DNA of 64,000 nucleotides, taken from IMG/VR virus record IMGVR_UViG_3300042888_000268; one strand, given 5' to 3'. Shown here in pieces: positions 28,501 to 36,266 of this stretch. This DNA is from an uncultured virus (IMG/VR IMGVR_UViG_3300042888_000268) (taxonomy: Duplodnaviria; Heunggongvirae; Uroviricota; Caudoviricetes). Every line of letters begins with the position of its first letter. Within the stretch, counting starts at the first letter, position 1. A program made the position numbers and the translations under genes. The notes under the pieces are model-generated. The model worked only from the letters and a program-made list of their open reading frames with translations, did not search any database and was not told the DNA's origin.

Positions 28501-31500
28501 AACGCTTTAAGTATAGCATCTATATTCAATTCATTACCCTGCGTTCCAGCTATAACAAAACTGCTGTTTTTAATTCCTTGAAATTGTGAAACAAACACAT
28601 CTTCTACTTGTCTAGTAGTTGGACTAGATTCAGTAAATTCTATACGGAAACCACCAGTTTCAGCTGAATTAATAATACGAACCTCTTTAACTAGTATACG
28701 ATATACACTAAAGTCACGTACAAAACTGATCCACATCTTTTGATAAGGCCAATCTTTAGCTTGTACATGATCCATAGGATTACCTAGACGATCAACTAAA
28801 TACTTTATCTCAGGATACTTAGCAGATGCTTCTATAAGTTTATTGTACATCTGAACATCAGACGTAGCTCCTTGAACAGCATTAATAATAATTCCCCATG
28901 TTCTATTAAAGTCAGCTAATTTAGCCACACCTAAACTGTTTAATTTAGGTTTACCTGTTTTAGGATCAATTGCCGGAAGACTCTTTACTAAATATACACT
29001 TTCACTACTAGCTAGTTCTCTAACAGATAACTCGTTACCTTTTCTTTCAAAAACATTTTTACCAAAGTTTTCTTCAAGTTGCTTATCAGTTAAACTTAAA
29101 CCATCTTCTTCCTCACTTTTATTAACCTCTACATCATCTTCAGCTTCTTCTTGCTCTATAGGACTCATTTCAGAGTATCTATCTTCAAAAGTAAGATAGG
29201 AAGAACGTTTCTTATGAAAAGCTAGTATACCATCAGCTTGCTCATTTCTAGAAACCTTTTCAAATTCTCCCCAGTTATCTAATGCAAATTGAGCTATACG
29301 TCTAGCATTCTCTGATAACTCTGTGTTATTTAAAATAGTTTTAAAATCATTTCTGATCTTCTCATATAATGGTCCTAGTAATTCAGGATTAGTAAATATA
29401 ATCCCTACACTTTTATCATATGAACTTAATGTAGATGCTATTAGAGAATCCATAGTTTCTACAAGAGTTATTGAATCTTGATAGTTTAATCCTTCAGCTT
29501 TCGTATCTAGACTCTGTATTCCTTTATTAAGTAGTGAAAACTGTACATTTTTAATAGAAGGAGTATAGTCATTAATATTACCTACATATAACTTATCATA
29601 AAGTTCTTGTATGCTTTCTGTAGCTAGTGCATCTTCAGCAATTGACTTTAAACTTGCTCCTTTAAATACTTGCTTTAAGAAGTTCCATATACGTCTAAAG
29701 ATAGTATTACGTACAGGCTTACCATTTACTGTGTAGTTACCATTAGCCATGGCATATTTACGAAAATCTTCAGCCATAAACTCTTCTAACTGTAAATCAG
29801 TAGCACCATTAAACTTAACTGTTCTACCATCAGCAGTAGTAAAACTACCTGCTAACTTTCTAGCTTCAGAATACAATTCAACCTTTTGTTCTTTAGTTAA
29901 AAACATTTGAGTAAAAGCATGAAAAGCTTCATGATAGACATCACTAAAGTTAGATCCAGCATATAAAACTATACCAGAGGTAGTCCATTCACCAACGGCA
30001 TTACTATTAACTATATTAAATAAAGTTTTAAGTGCTACAAACTTGGAAAGAGGACTGGTCTTAAACCACTGCTCAGCTAGATCAATCTGTTCTTTAGTAG
30101 CTTCACTAGATAGCAGCAATGATTTCTTTAGGGAGAAGTCTTTACTATCTAATAAACTTTTAAAATCATCTATAGAATTATCTGTAGGAGTGGCTTGCTC
30201 TATTGTAGAAACCTTTTCCGCTTTGTTTACTTTTGAGCCAAACAGTTTAGTCTGAACTTCTGTAGTTGGAAAAATAGTATTATAGGCATTTAAACTTACT
30301 AATCTACCTTCAGCATTTTTAGATAAGTATGTATTAAAGTTTGCACTTAAGAAGTTGTTATAACGTTCTTTCTGCAACTGTACCTTACCATCTAAACTAA
30401 CAGGCATCTGCATAAAAGATCCAATAAGATCTTTGTTTACATTAACTGTTTGCTCTTTAAGGTTATTTACAAATGTCTCACGACCTGCAATATCTGTAGT
30501 ATCAAATTCTTGCTCTCCTTGCTTTACAAACACTTTACCTTCACGCTCAAATGCTTTAGTATCATTGCTAAAAACAAACTGCTTTAAAACATTAATCTTA
30601 TCAATATTAGATTGTGTACTATCATTAAATAGTAACTCACCTAAGTTTTCAGCTAAGTTAGTTACATTACCAAACTTTGGTCTTTGAATAAGAACTGGAT
30701 AATCATAACCTGGAACATTAAAATATACACCACCAGAAACAACTACACCAGAAGTTTGCTTAGATACCCATGGGTTAAATCCTTTTTCTAATTGTATAGA
30801 AGATATAGAACTAGCTTTACTAAAGTCTTCTTTAATATAGCCATTTCTACCAGGAGTAATTGAAAATATAAGAGACTCATCAGGGTTATTAGTTACAAAA
30901 CTACGAGCAGCATCTAATACATCTATCTCATTAGCTCTTTGCTCTTGTATACTTTTAATATCTTCTTCAGTCTTATCAGACTTACTTACTAATTCCTCAA
31001 CAGTTTGTACTCTTGGTATATAACGTTGACCACTTCTATCTGTATAAGCATTTCTTAACTTACCATAAACTAATCTACCACCTTCTTCTTTAGTAGTAAT
31101 GTTACCTTCTTGATTAAAGTATAATATGTTTCCAGCCTTATCTGTATATACTAAAGCTAATCCTGTAGCATTATGTTTAGCTTTATTCTCCTCACTCTGA
31201 TTGATGTATGCTCTATCAGATATGTATAACTCATCTTCAGCTATTGTATTAGCTTTTACAAGCTTCATGTAAATACCTTTAACATTATTTAATTTAACGT
31301 TATCAGCAGTTTGAAAGTTGTATTTATCCATTAACTCATTAAGCTTTCTCACTACAGCGTAGTAAGTCTTCTTAGCTGGATCTGGATCAGGAATATTATC
31401 TGTAGCTACAGCTCCATCATATTCTTTAGCTTCTTGATTAAATACAGCTAAACCACTTTCTGGAGTGGCAGTAAAATTATTACCGGATTTGTAAGCTTGC

Positions 31501-31940
31501 TTCTTTAACTCAATATCTTTTTGCTCAATCTCAGTATAAACTTCTGTAGGAATAACAGGTGTAGAAGGATTGCTCTCCTCTACAATTTGCTCTACTACTT
31601 CATTAACATTACTGTTCAGTCCTAAAAAAGATACTACATTCTCTATATCCTTAAACTCTTTTCTTAATTTATTAAGAGCATTAAAATCTACACCACTATC
31701 AGTTAAATAATCAGCAATCTTCTCTTCACTACCATAAGCTGATGCAATCATTCTAGGAATATGCTGAACATAGTCTAAAGCATTATCTCTATCTCCTGAT
31801 GCATTAAAAATCATAGCATAGAAATCACGCATAAATCCCTCAGGACTATACTGCTGTCCATTATTTTTACCTGCTGCAATACTACCTATTACTGCTTTAA
31901 ATAATAATTCTACTTGATCGTCTGATAATCTACATGCCAT
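22578..31940 (-). CDS. Virion-packaged single-chain RNA polymerase (two-barrel, crAss-like) with zincin domain
   Basis: RIPVQG...GSDFDIDKL catalytic motif (25515-25532) and HEAFH...EEFMAE zincin motif (29919-29933). Likely start MACRL at 31940, 1 nt after the upstream stop, giving ~3120 aa. Confidence 0.9.
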   Translation of the reverse strand: MACRLSDDQVELLFKAVIGSIAAGKNNGQQYSPEGFMRDFYAMIFNASGDRDNALDYVQHIPRMIASAYGSEEKIADYLTDSGVDFNALNKLRKEFKDIENVVSFLGLNSNVNEVVEQIVEESNPSTPVIPTEVYTEIEQKDIELKKQAYKSGNNFTATPESGLAVFNQEAKEYDGAVATDNIPDPDPAKKTYYAVVRKLNELMDKYNFQTADNVKLNNVKGIYMKLVKANTIAEDELYISDRAYINQSEENKAKHNATGLALVYTDKAGNILYFNQEGNITTKEEGGRLVYGKLRNAYTDRSGQRYIPRVQTVEELVSKSDKTEEDIKSIQEQRANEIDVLDAARSFVTNNPDESLIFSITPGRNGYIKEDFSKASSISSIQLEKGFNPWVSKQTSGVVVSGGVYFNVPGYDYPVLIQRPKFGNVTNLAENLGELLFNDSTQSNIDKINVLKQFVFSNDTKAFEREGKVFVKQGEQEFDTTDIAGRETFVNNLKEQTVNVNKDLIGSFMQMPVSLDGKVQLQKERYNNFLSANFNTYLSKNAEGRLVSLNAYNTIFPTTEVQTKLFGSKVNKAEKVSTIEQATPTDNSIDDFKSLLDSKDFSLKKSLLLSSEATKEQIDLAEQWFKTSPLSKFVALKTLFNIVNSNAVGEWTTSGIVLYAGSNFSDVYHEAFHAFTQMFLTKEQKVELYSEARKLAGSFTTADGRTVKFNGATDLQLEEFMAEDFRKYAMANGNYTVNGKPVRNTIFRRIWNFLKQVFKGASLKSIAEDALATESIQELYDKLYVGNINDYTPSIKNVQFSLLNKGIQSLDTKAEGLNYQDSITLVETMDSLIASTLSSYDKSVGIIFTNPELLGPLYEKIRNDFKTILNNTELSENARRIAQFALDNWGEFEKVSRNEQADGILAFHKKRSSYLTFEDRYSEMSPIEQEEAEDDVEVNKSEEEDGLSLTDKQLEENFGKNVFERKGNELSVRELASSESVYLVKSLPAIDPKTGKPKLNSLGVAKLADFNRTWGIIINAVQGATSDVQMYNKLIEASAKYPEIKYLVDRLGNPMDHVQAKDWPYQKMWISFVRDFSVYRILVKEVRIINSAETGGFRIEFTESSPTTRQVEDVFVSQFQGIKNSSFVIAGTQGNELNIDAILKAFPYNDLFGKGNRTIIDEDKAFEFLRAIGFYLTDNRAVKQKVYDNYTAVYYLYKGIQDLKKYNIKTTNPVLALRSEVKIEGESVYKGESSSVSKILEIEATDSGKYSNNSVQNVEGNREHDLSLNNTITKVLSELNDKDKDYNEMVSQPHMSHLDYRKNPFAKYSIWLNSLFHIPVGKVFDLSNKNKRKTSKASYGATNVTINIDNLNGIKNVIENIVGTQSASTGIKTSQLDPISKFLMDVHTMLIRGVMELSRHAAKSTAYGVSVSKIDTEFNQNANHLYISSGYFADRVKSHNATVSLLKPKIAAEMERIAILKAGKADNIPGFNERGLTFTMFDDILSDSLKTDLIAVANEKDSLSILDDPKFAERISNDINNYINNLVDENFEIFVTLPYMSEEILFGGKGIPSLSNLVRKDTGLNIGKGKEQELTMIALRSFTVNALIHNMEAVSILYADLAMYNHDKDEFHKRNAAIGSTGRSFSFSESTSMFINNIGRAYANKIGAAQRSSDGVINSVVFKDNKVDSVYFEEYVTALVNSGKYTKEQAEKILSPYKEMTEGDAQGWITFDSYRILSLLEGAWSPKQNELYNKIINDEVVDPAEITEFFPTKKFQYAGPVKTEKLHVQVLHKFSLMPLIPSMVKGTNMETLHDNLVKQGVDYALFESGSKMATITSNGKPDSLYENDDYAARSIKSWNEGEAEYTKNGVFIQYLKDQVDIQSTWKNKTIFSTQLRTLIINDLFKQGIPISKDFELLVSRFEKLLDVLQEGKKKELLEQAGWKEDAKGNLSGSTESLMNFVQKELDRQGLPEHDIDFIKNFGLQSDLSFSLNAEKIEKLLNSIVIKRLVRQKMNGEQLVQVSGAGFESGFKNPTEDQLARYGTNDLPTYRPGKGKNGSTSAMKVKIAMKGDYYKLLELKHTDGKKIGTIERLNEVLKNDKWLDKNDNRKLITMVGVRIPVQGFNSMEFMEVYEFLPEEAGSIIVPPAEIVAKSGSDFDIDKLTIFQPNYKFDNEEATYATGKSVKAIENQIIETIRQILEHPDNFDALIRPNNTDIVKGVADELSVENIQGYNPLANKTKEQGSKISPTRTLEPRYNLYKHESNNIGKRTLGIGAVDNKYSSIFKRVGARLEKQYTHYPIDPITKEYKVKNGKVVTEIRPINIRMKHNMVTKDGKSYISLSDVETVTGDKISDLISQLMNGWVDIEKDAWIFNINGNNVAGPVLLFLLETGVDFKTAAYFVSQPLVIKYIKDRAKRNSPFYEAAGNEVSKGKGLDKYNIRKEFIIRNFYEDLTIDKKTGRPRETENGDIIVSNADIYRIINKYNGNQEYTADGLLGNIKEKNTQSEMAKAALLHFFELEDLMSQLTNVKLTVNLDTAPSKSLYSAQERLSKIDKLKNVDAVNQSLVKDILYNSPIKSFLVQAFQLKLWKPLMKLRGDEIINNYLINKINTGKYKKTFEDAEKYVAAFKNDIPMYLMQNYVKGIDLKNIKEYKGLLINKSIPVEKVQIKYGAFVKEGVMYVDPQQIALDFDQKEYAGKGYESLQLAKTDIGAFQMGPKRSQNLQEYTHFVLEREYLRSVIPMKENQSREAYEQILADRALERTFNFYTILKSKNSIADEFLNIKRVYPELEQEYIIMDQIGFIGEAGKNKGRKLRTLKLKSDKLDSEMINVLHENLVRLSDVGTLKVADKAKNLEVSKFFSRLIVAEYLRAGINKSGSTLSSILPTETLMKLLEEPMKEVLEKGMSEEFLNKYSDIFDSNWSSNSSSSRLRYRNYIQYTESTGETVARDMEEGQSDFREAGKATVYDNPRTNSEIKDFETVINSNKESIFVYPTNQDGIAEVLTTPYKTAGNSVGIPIKQKGGSQSWSDESYDSNVDLINQALEVIDNHLGNGTKVVFPSSGLTTILGKEDAQIDVLKDKAPRTYTYLVSELYKKYGYVNPGAESNLGFRKEFQSSQPITDEEIESIIEQKVEESKNCNS

Positions 31941-31941
31941 A

Positions 31942-34900
31942 TTATGCACCTTTAGTTTTACAACCCATGTTGTCAATTATATTCTGAATATTATTACTGT
32001 TGTCTTTTCCTGTGTTAGCCATTACATCATTGATAGCATTCTTAACTCTAGCTGCATCAGATGTAAAACTATCTACAGTATCTTTAGAAGCTTCTACTTC
32101 TGGTTTATTCTCAGGAGCAACCTCTACTTGTACAGTTTCTTCAACTGCTGCAATCTTACCGTTCTCTACCATCTTAATTTTTTTAGATATTTCAGCAGCT
32201 GGTACAACTTCTAGACCCTTAGATTTACTATTGAAAAGTTTAACCTTTATAGCATCCTTAGTCATTGACTTTACTATACCTTTTCTACCGTCAGTAAAGA
32301 TAACTATATCTCCTGTCTTTATATCATTTATAGATAAGTTTTCAGATAGTTCTTGACGTCTTTTTTCCACCATGTCAATTATTTCTTTTGAAGTAACTTC
32401 TCCAGAGCTAATTAAATCTAACAGCTTGAAAGTGAATGGGTTACCATTTACAGCATTTAAGTTAGGTAGGTCCTTAATAGAAGATACCGAATTTAATATA
32501 TCTTGAGCTTTTTTAAGTCCACTTTCTTTAGTAGGTTCTATATTTTCTTCTGTAACTACAGACTCAGGTCCTTTAACACTAAGATATGCATCTGTAAGAG
32601 CTTTTATAAACCAGTTTTTTCCTCCTGTTTCCCAAACTGTATTTCTAGATGTAGGTTGATGTGTAGCTTTTGATAACCAGCTTTTACCACCAGCTTTATC
32701 TATTTCAGATACTAATCTAGGATACTGTTCTAACTTAGCTTTTAAGATTTCAACCATTAAGTTATAAGTACTATTTGGACCATCATCTTTAGTAGCAGTT
32801 CCTTTTAATGCTTGATAAGCAGCTTCTGCATCAGGGTATTCTTTTCCACGAACAGTTACAGGATAAGACTCTGTCAAGTTTCCTTTCTTTTTAGCTAACT
32901 CAGTTGGGTTAGTAAGAGCAGCAGCTAATCCCTTAGAATTAGAAGATATCTCTACAGAATCTACAGAAGGTGTGGGTTCAGTTGGAGCAGATTCAGTAGT
33001 AGGTACTTGAGCGTTTTTATAATAGGTATCTTTAATACGAGATGCTGTAGTAGATGTAGCAATATAGTTTTCAAATGTAATATCTGAATCATTACTTATT
33101 ACATAGTTATCATGAGCTGCTCTTAATAAAGCTTCAAGATCTGCAGGAAGTTCTTCAGTAGGTTTAGCTTCTTGTACAGGAGTCTCAACTACTGGAGCTG
33201 GTGCTTCTTCTACAGGAGCTGGCTCAGGTTGATCCTTAATCTCATCATCAATTTTCATGATGTCATTAGCAAGAATAGCTTTCTCAGATGTAGGATCTAA
33301 AGGTTGTCCTGTAGCTGCATCCAAGAATGTAGTAGGTCTAACATCATTTTCAACAAAGTCTTCTAGCTGTTCAGGAGTAATCATTATTCCTTGAGCTGCT
33401 AAAGTCTTTAGTAAATTATTAAACTCCATCATCCTTTGAGCTTTGTCTATACGTTCAGCTACATTTTCATCTTTACTACCCCAAAGCGTTGTATAATACT
33501 CACTAATAGATTCAGCTAACTTATATAAATTTGTAGGATCAAGAAGAGTGTTAACAGCGTTATTATGATCTTTAGAATCTTGATTTAGAGAGTAATAGTC
33601 TAACACTTTAGCAAAAGAATCATCAATCTTCTCATTAAAAACGTAATCGTTATTAACAGAAGCTAATTGCTTTAAATACTTTTCATAGCTTTTTCTTAAA
33701 GCATTAGTAGTATCTTCAGAGAATTGAATCTTAAACTGTCCATTCTCTTCCACCTCATTAGCAGATAAAGATTCTAAGTGAGAGTTTAATTTATCTTTAT
33801 AGTCTTGCAAGCTTTCTAACTTAGCAGTCTTCTGTTTTATAAGTTTCTTCTGCTCAGCCGTTGGTTCTACATATCCTGTTATTTCTTTCTTTAAAGTATC
33901 TATTTCATTGTTAATATCGTTAATATCAAACAATACACTTAAGTCACTATTAGATGCTTTTGCTACAGGTTTATCTGCAACAAGATCTGAATACACTTTA
34001 GTCATTCTTTCAAGAGATCTATCAAAACTATGTTGAGATGCTACAGCTACTCTTTTAGCCTGCTCAAAAGCTTTATAAGCAATAGCTTCTCCTTCAAACT
34101 CAGGAGTCTTAGCTTTATAAGCTCTTGGGTTAAAAGGATTAGCAAACTGTGTATTTACAACCTCATATCTATTCTTAATCTCTTTAGCTCTAGATACTAT
34201 CTCATCAAGCTTTTCACTAGCTTTTTCTGTTTTAGCTATACCCAAGAAGTCAGCTAATTCATCATTATCAAGCTTTTTAAGCTCAGCATAGCTACTAAGT
34301 AAGTTATCAAATGTACCATTATCTAAAGCTTGAAATACATGATCAAATGTTCTTATATCCTTAGCGTCTTGAAAAGTTTTAGCATCACCGTTTTCTTCAG
34401 CTGTATTCATAGCATCCGCAGATTTTTTCTGAATAACTGCACTTTCATTCTTAGAGCTAAAATACTTTAATGGATTACTATACATCTCATTAAGTCCTGC
34501 TATAGCATCAGCTTTAGATATAGCTTTAGCTTCTTTATACTCAGCATATTTAGTAGGGTCACTAAGTTGGTAATAGATATTAGGAGCTTTATTTAAAAAT
34601 GCATTTTGACTTACTCCAATAAATCCTCCCATTAAGAATCCTGATGCAAATGTTTCAGCACCTTGTGCAGTGGTAGCCTCTTTCTTAATAGCATTCCATG
34701 CTAATCCAGAACCATACTCTAATGAACCAACTGTACCATCTTTATAAATACCATCATAATAGTTTTTAACAGATTCAGAAACTATGTTCTGAGCATTCTC
34801 TTGGAAACCTTCAGCTAGATTTCTTTTACTATAGTTAAGGAATCTACCAAACTGTGCACCATAATATCTTGCAGAGGTTAAATTCTTTTTAGCACCTTCC

Positions 34901-36261
34901 ATAAAACCTAAGGCAGCTTCATCTGTAAAGCCTACACCTTTCTTAAACCCAATACCTTTCTCTAGAAGTGTAGCTTCTTTACTTAAGTTATCTAAACTTC
35001 TAAATCCTCTAAACTTAAATAGACCGTCAAAAGTTACACGGTTTGTAGCATATATAATAGGAAAGTTAATAGCTGTTACACCATAACCTACATCTTCAGC
35101 TTGCTTATAAATCTTTTCTAAGTCAGCTCCTTCAGCTGGCTTACCATTCTCTTGTTCATATAAAGACAATAATCTTTCAGCTTCTTCTCTTTTAGCAGAA
35201 CCACCTTCTAATTTAGATTCAGATAGTGCTAAGTTAGCATCTCTCATATCTCTATAGAAAGAACCAAAGGTTTGTTTCATCTTAGCAAAGTTGCTTAAGT
35301 TTCTTACACTTGCACTTCCTTTTGCTATATCCATTAAATCTTGAGTAGTTCTTGAAGCAGGATTGACAAAGTTAAATAAACCTTTACCTAAAGTGCCACT
35401 ACCAGCTTTTACAGCTGTATAAAAATCTTTTGCATCTCCTACCTTTCCTAAAGACTTAGCAAGTTGAACACTTCCTTTAAATACATTACCTACAGCATTT
35501 AGTTTAAAAGCTTTACTAAGTCTTTCCATATTCATAGCAGTTCTAGCTGCTACTAGTGGAGTGGCTCCACCAACAGTTAGTGCTTCTAAACCAGCCATTG
35601 CCATTTCTTCAGCAAGAATACTTACACCAATACCAACAGTATATGCAGAGTTTAATACAAAGTTATTAACAAAACCTCCAAAGCCTCCTCGGCTTGACAT
35701 ACCAATAGAGTTAGCTTTATCAAAGCCCTCAGCAGTCTTATCATCAGGAGAGAAAAAGTCTTCACCAGAAAGTATAGATCCCATTGATCTATATCCACCC
35801 ATAGCACCTTCATAAGCTAGACTACCAAATACACCAGACATTCTACCTAGGTCATTCCATATAGTAGTCTTCTCATTAAAAATCTTTTCATTATCTGTAA
35901 AAGGAACAAAGCCCACTCTATTAAAAGTGGACTTACCATATCCTAAGTATCTATCAATATTAGATTTATTAGCATCAAACTCTACAACTCTTGCTCTTTG
36001 TATTGGATCACGTGAGCCTTCTTGAGCTCTAAGAATACCTTCACTACCAAACTGCTTTAAAGATTTCATTTGCTTATTGTAATTAGCAATTAAATCTGTT
36101 TTAGTAGCAGGTTTAGGTTTAGGAATAGGATCTTGCTGTTCTAATTGTTCTACATTAACTCCTGACAATGGGTCCATAGGATCATCTATACCAGAAAAAT
36201 CCAAGCCAGTATTAACTTCTTGAGTTTCATCAAGACTATTATCTAATGGTTCTAATGCCAT
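31942..36261 (-). CDS. Large virion cargo/ejection protein with NADAR-like insert
   Basis: 1439 aa; Gly/Ala-rich hydrophobic segments, EGFQENAQ motif, coiled coils and a NADAR-like segment at ~32570-32960. Confidence 0.7.
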   Translation of the reverse strand: MALEPLDNSLDETQEVNTGLDFSGIDDPMDPLSGVNVEQLEQQDPIPKPKPATKTDLIANYNKQMKSLKQFGSEGILRAQEGSRDPIQRARVVEFDANKSNIDRYLGYGKSTFNRVGFVPFTDNEKIFNEKTTIWNDLGRMSGVFGSLAYEGAMGGYRSMGSILSGEDFFSPDDKTAEGFDKANSIGMSSRGGFGGFVNNFVLNSAYTVGIGVSILAEEMAMAGLEALTVGGATPLVAARTAMNMERLSKAFKLNAVGNVFKGSVQLAKSLGKVGDAKDFYTAVKAGSGTLGKGLFNFVNPASRTTQDLMDIAKGSASVRNLSNFAKMKQTFGSFYRDMRDANLALSESKLEGGSAKREEAERLLSLYEQENGKPAEGADLEKIYKQAEDVGYGVTAINFPIIYATNRVTFDGLFKFRGFRSLDNLSKEATLLEKGIGFKKGVGFTDEAALGFMEGAKKNLTSARYYGAQFGRFLNYSKRNLAEGFQENAQNIVSESVKNYYDGIYKDGTVGSLEYGSGLAWNAIKKEATTAQGAETFASGFLMGGFIGVSQNAFLNKAPNIYYQLSDPTKYAEYKEAKAISKADAIAGLNEMYSNPLKYFSSKNESAVIQKKSADAMNTAEENGDAKTFQDAKDIRTFDHVFQALDNGTFDNLLSSYAELKKLDNDELADFLGIAKTEKASEKLDEIVSRAKEIKNRYEVVNTQFANPFNPRAYKAKTPEFEGEAIAYKAFEQAKRVAVASQHSFDRSLERMTKVYSDLVADKPVAKASNSDLSVLFDINDINNEIDTLKKEITGYVEPTAEQKKLIKQKTAKLESLQDYKDKLNSHLESLSANEVEENGQFKIQFSEDTTNALRKSYEKYLKQLASVNNDYVFNEKIDDSFAKVLDYYSLNQDSKDHNNAVNTLLDPTNLYKLAESISEYYTTLWGSKDENVAERIDKAQRMMEFNNLLKTLAAQGIMITPEQLEDFVENDVRPTTFLDAATGQPLDPTSEKAILANDIMKIDDEIKDQPEPAPVEEAPAPVVETPVQEAKPTEELPADLEALLRAAHDNYVISNDSDITFENYIATSTTASRIKDTYYKNAQVPTTESAPTEPTPSVDSVEISSNSKGLAAALTNPTELAKKKGNLTESYPVTVRGKEYPDAEAAYQALKGTATKDDGPNSTYNLMVEILKAKLEQYPRLVSEIDKAGGKSWLSKATHQPTSRNTVWETGGKNWFIKALTDAYLSVKGPESVVTEENIEPTKESGLKKAQDILNSVSSIKDLPNLNAVNGNPFTFKLLDLISSGEVTSKEIIDMVEKRRQELSENLSINDIKTGDIVIFTDGRKGIVKSMTKDAIKVKLFNSKSKGLEVVPAAEISKKIKMVENGKIAAVEETVQVEVAPENKPEVEASKDTVDSFTSDAARVKNAINDVMANTGKDNSNNIQNIIDNMGCKTKGA

Positions 36262-36266
36262 AAATG

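Noticed and set aside
8918..31940. Inteins or group I introns in PolB or the RNAP
   Set aside because: Both ORFs are continuous, PolB motif spacing is compact, and the RNAP shows no internal Cys or recognisable intein or homing-endonuclease motifs.
31941..31976. ORF-track start of the RNAP at 31976 (MTTWVV...)
   Set aside because: It overlaps the upstream gene by 35 nt. The ATG at 31940 lies 1 nt after the upstream stop and gives an MAC N-terminus like that of the next gene.
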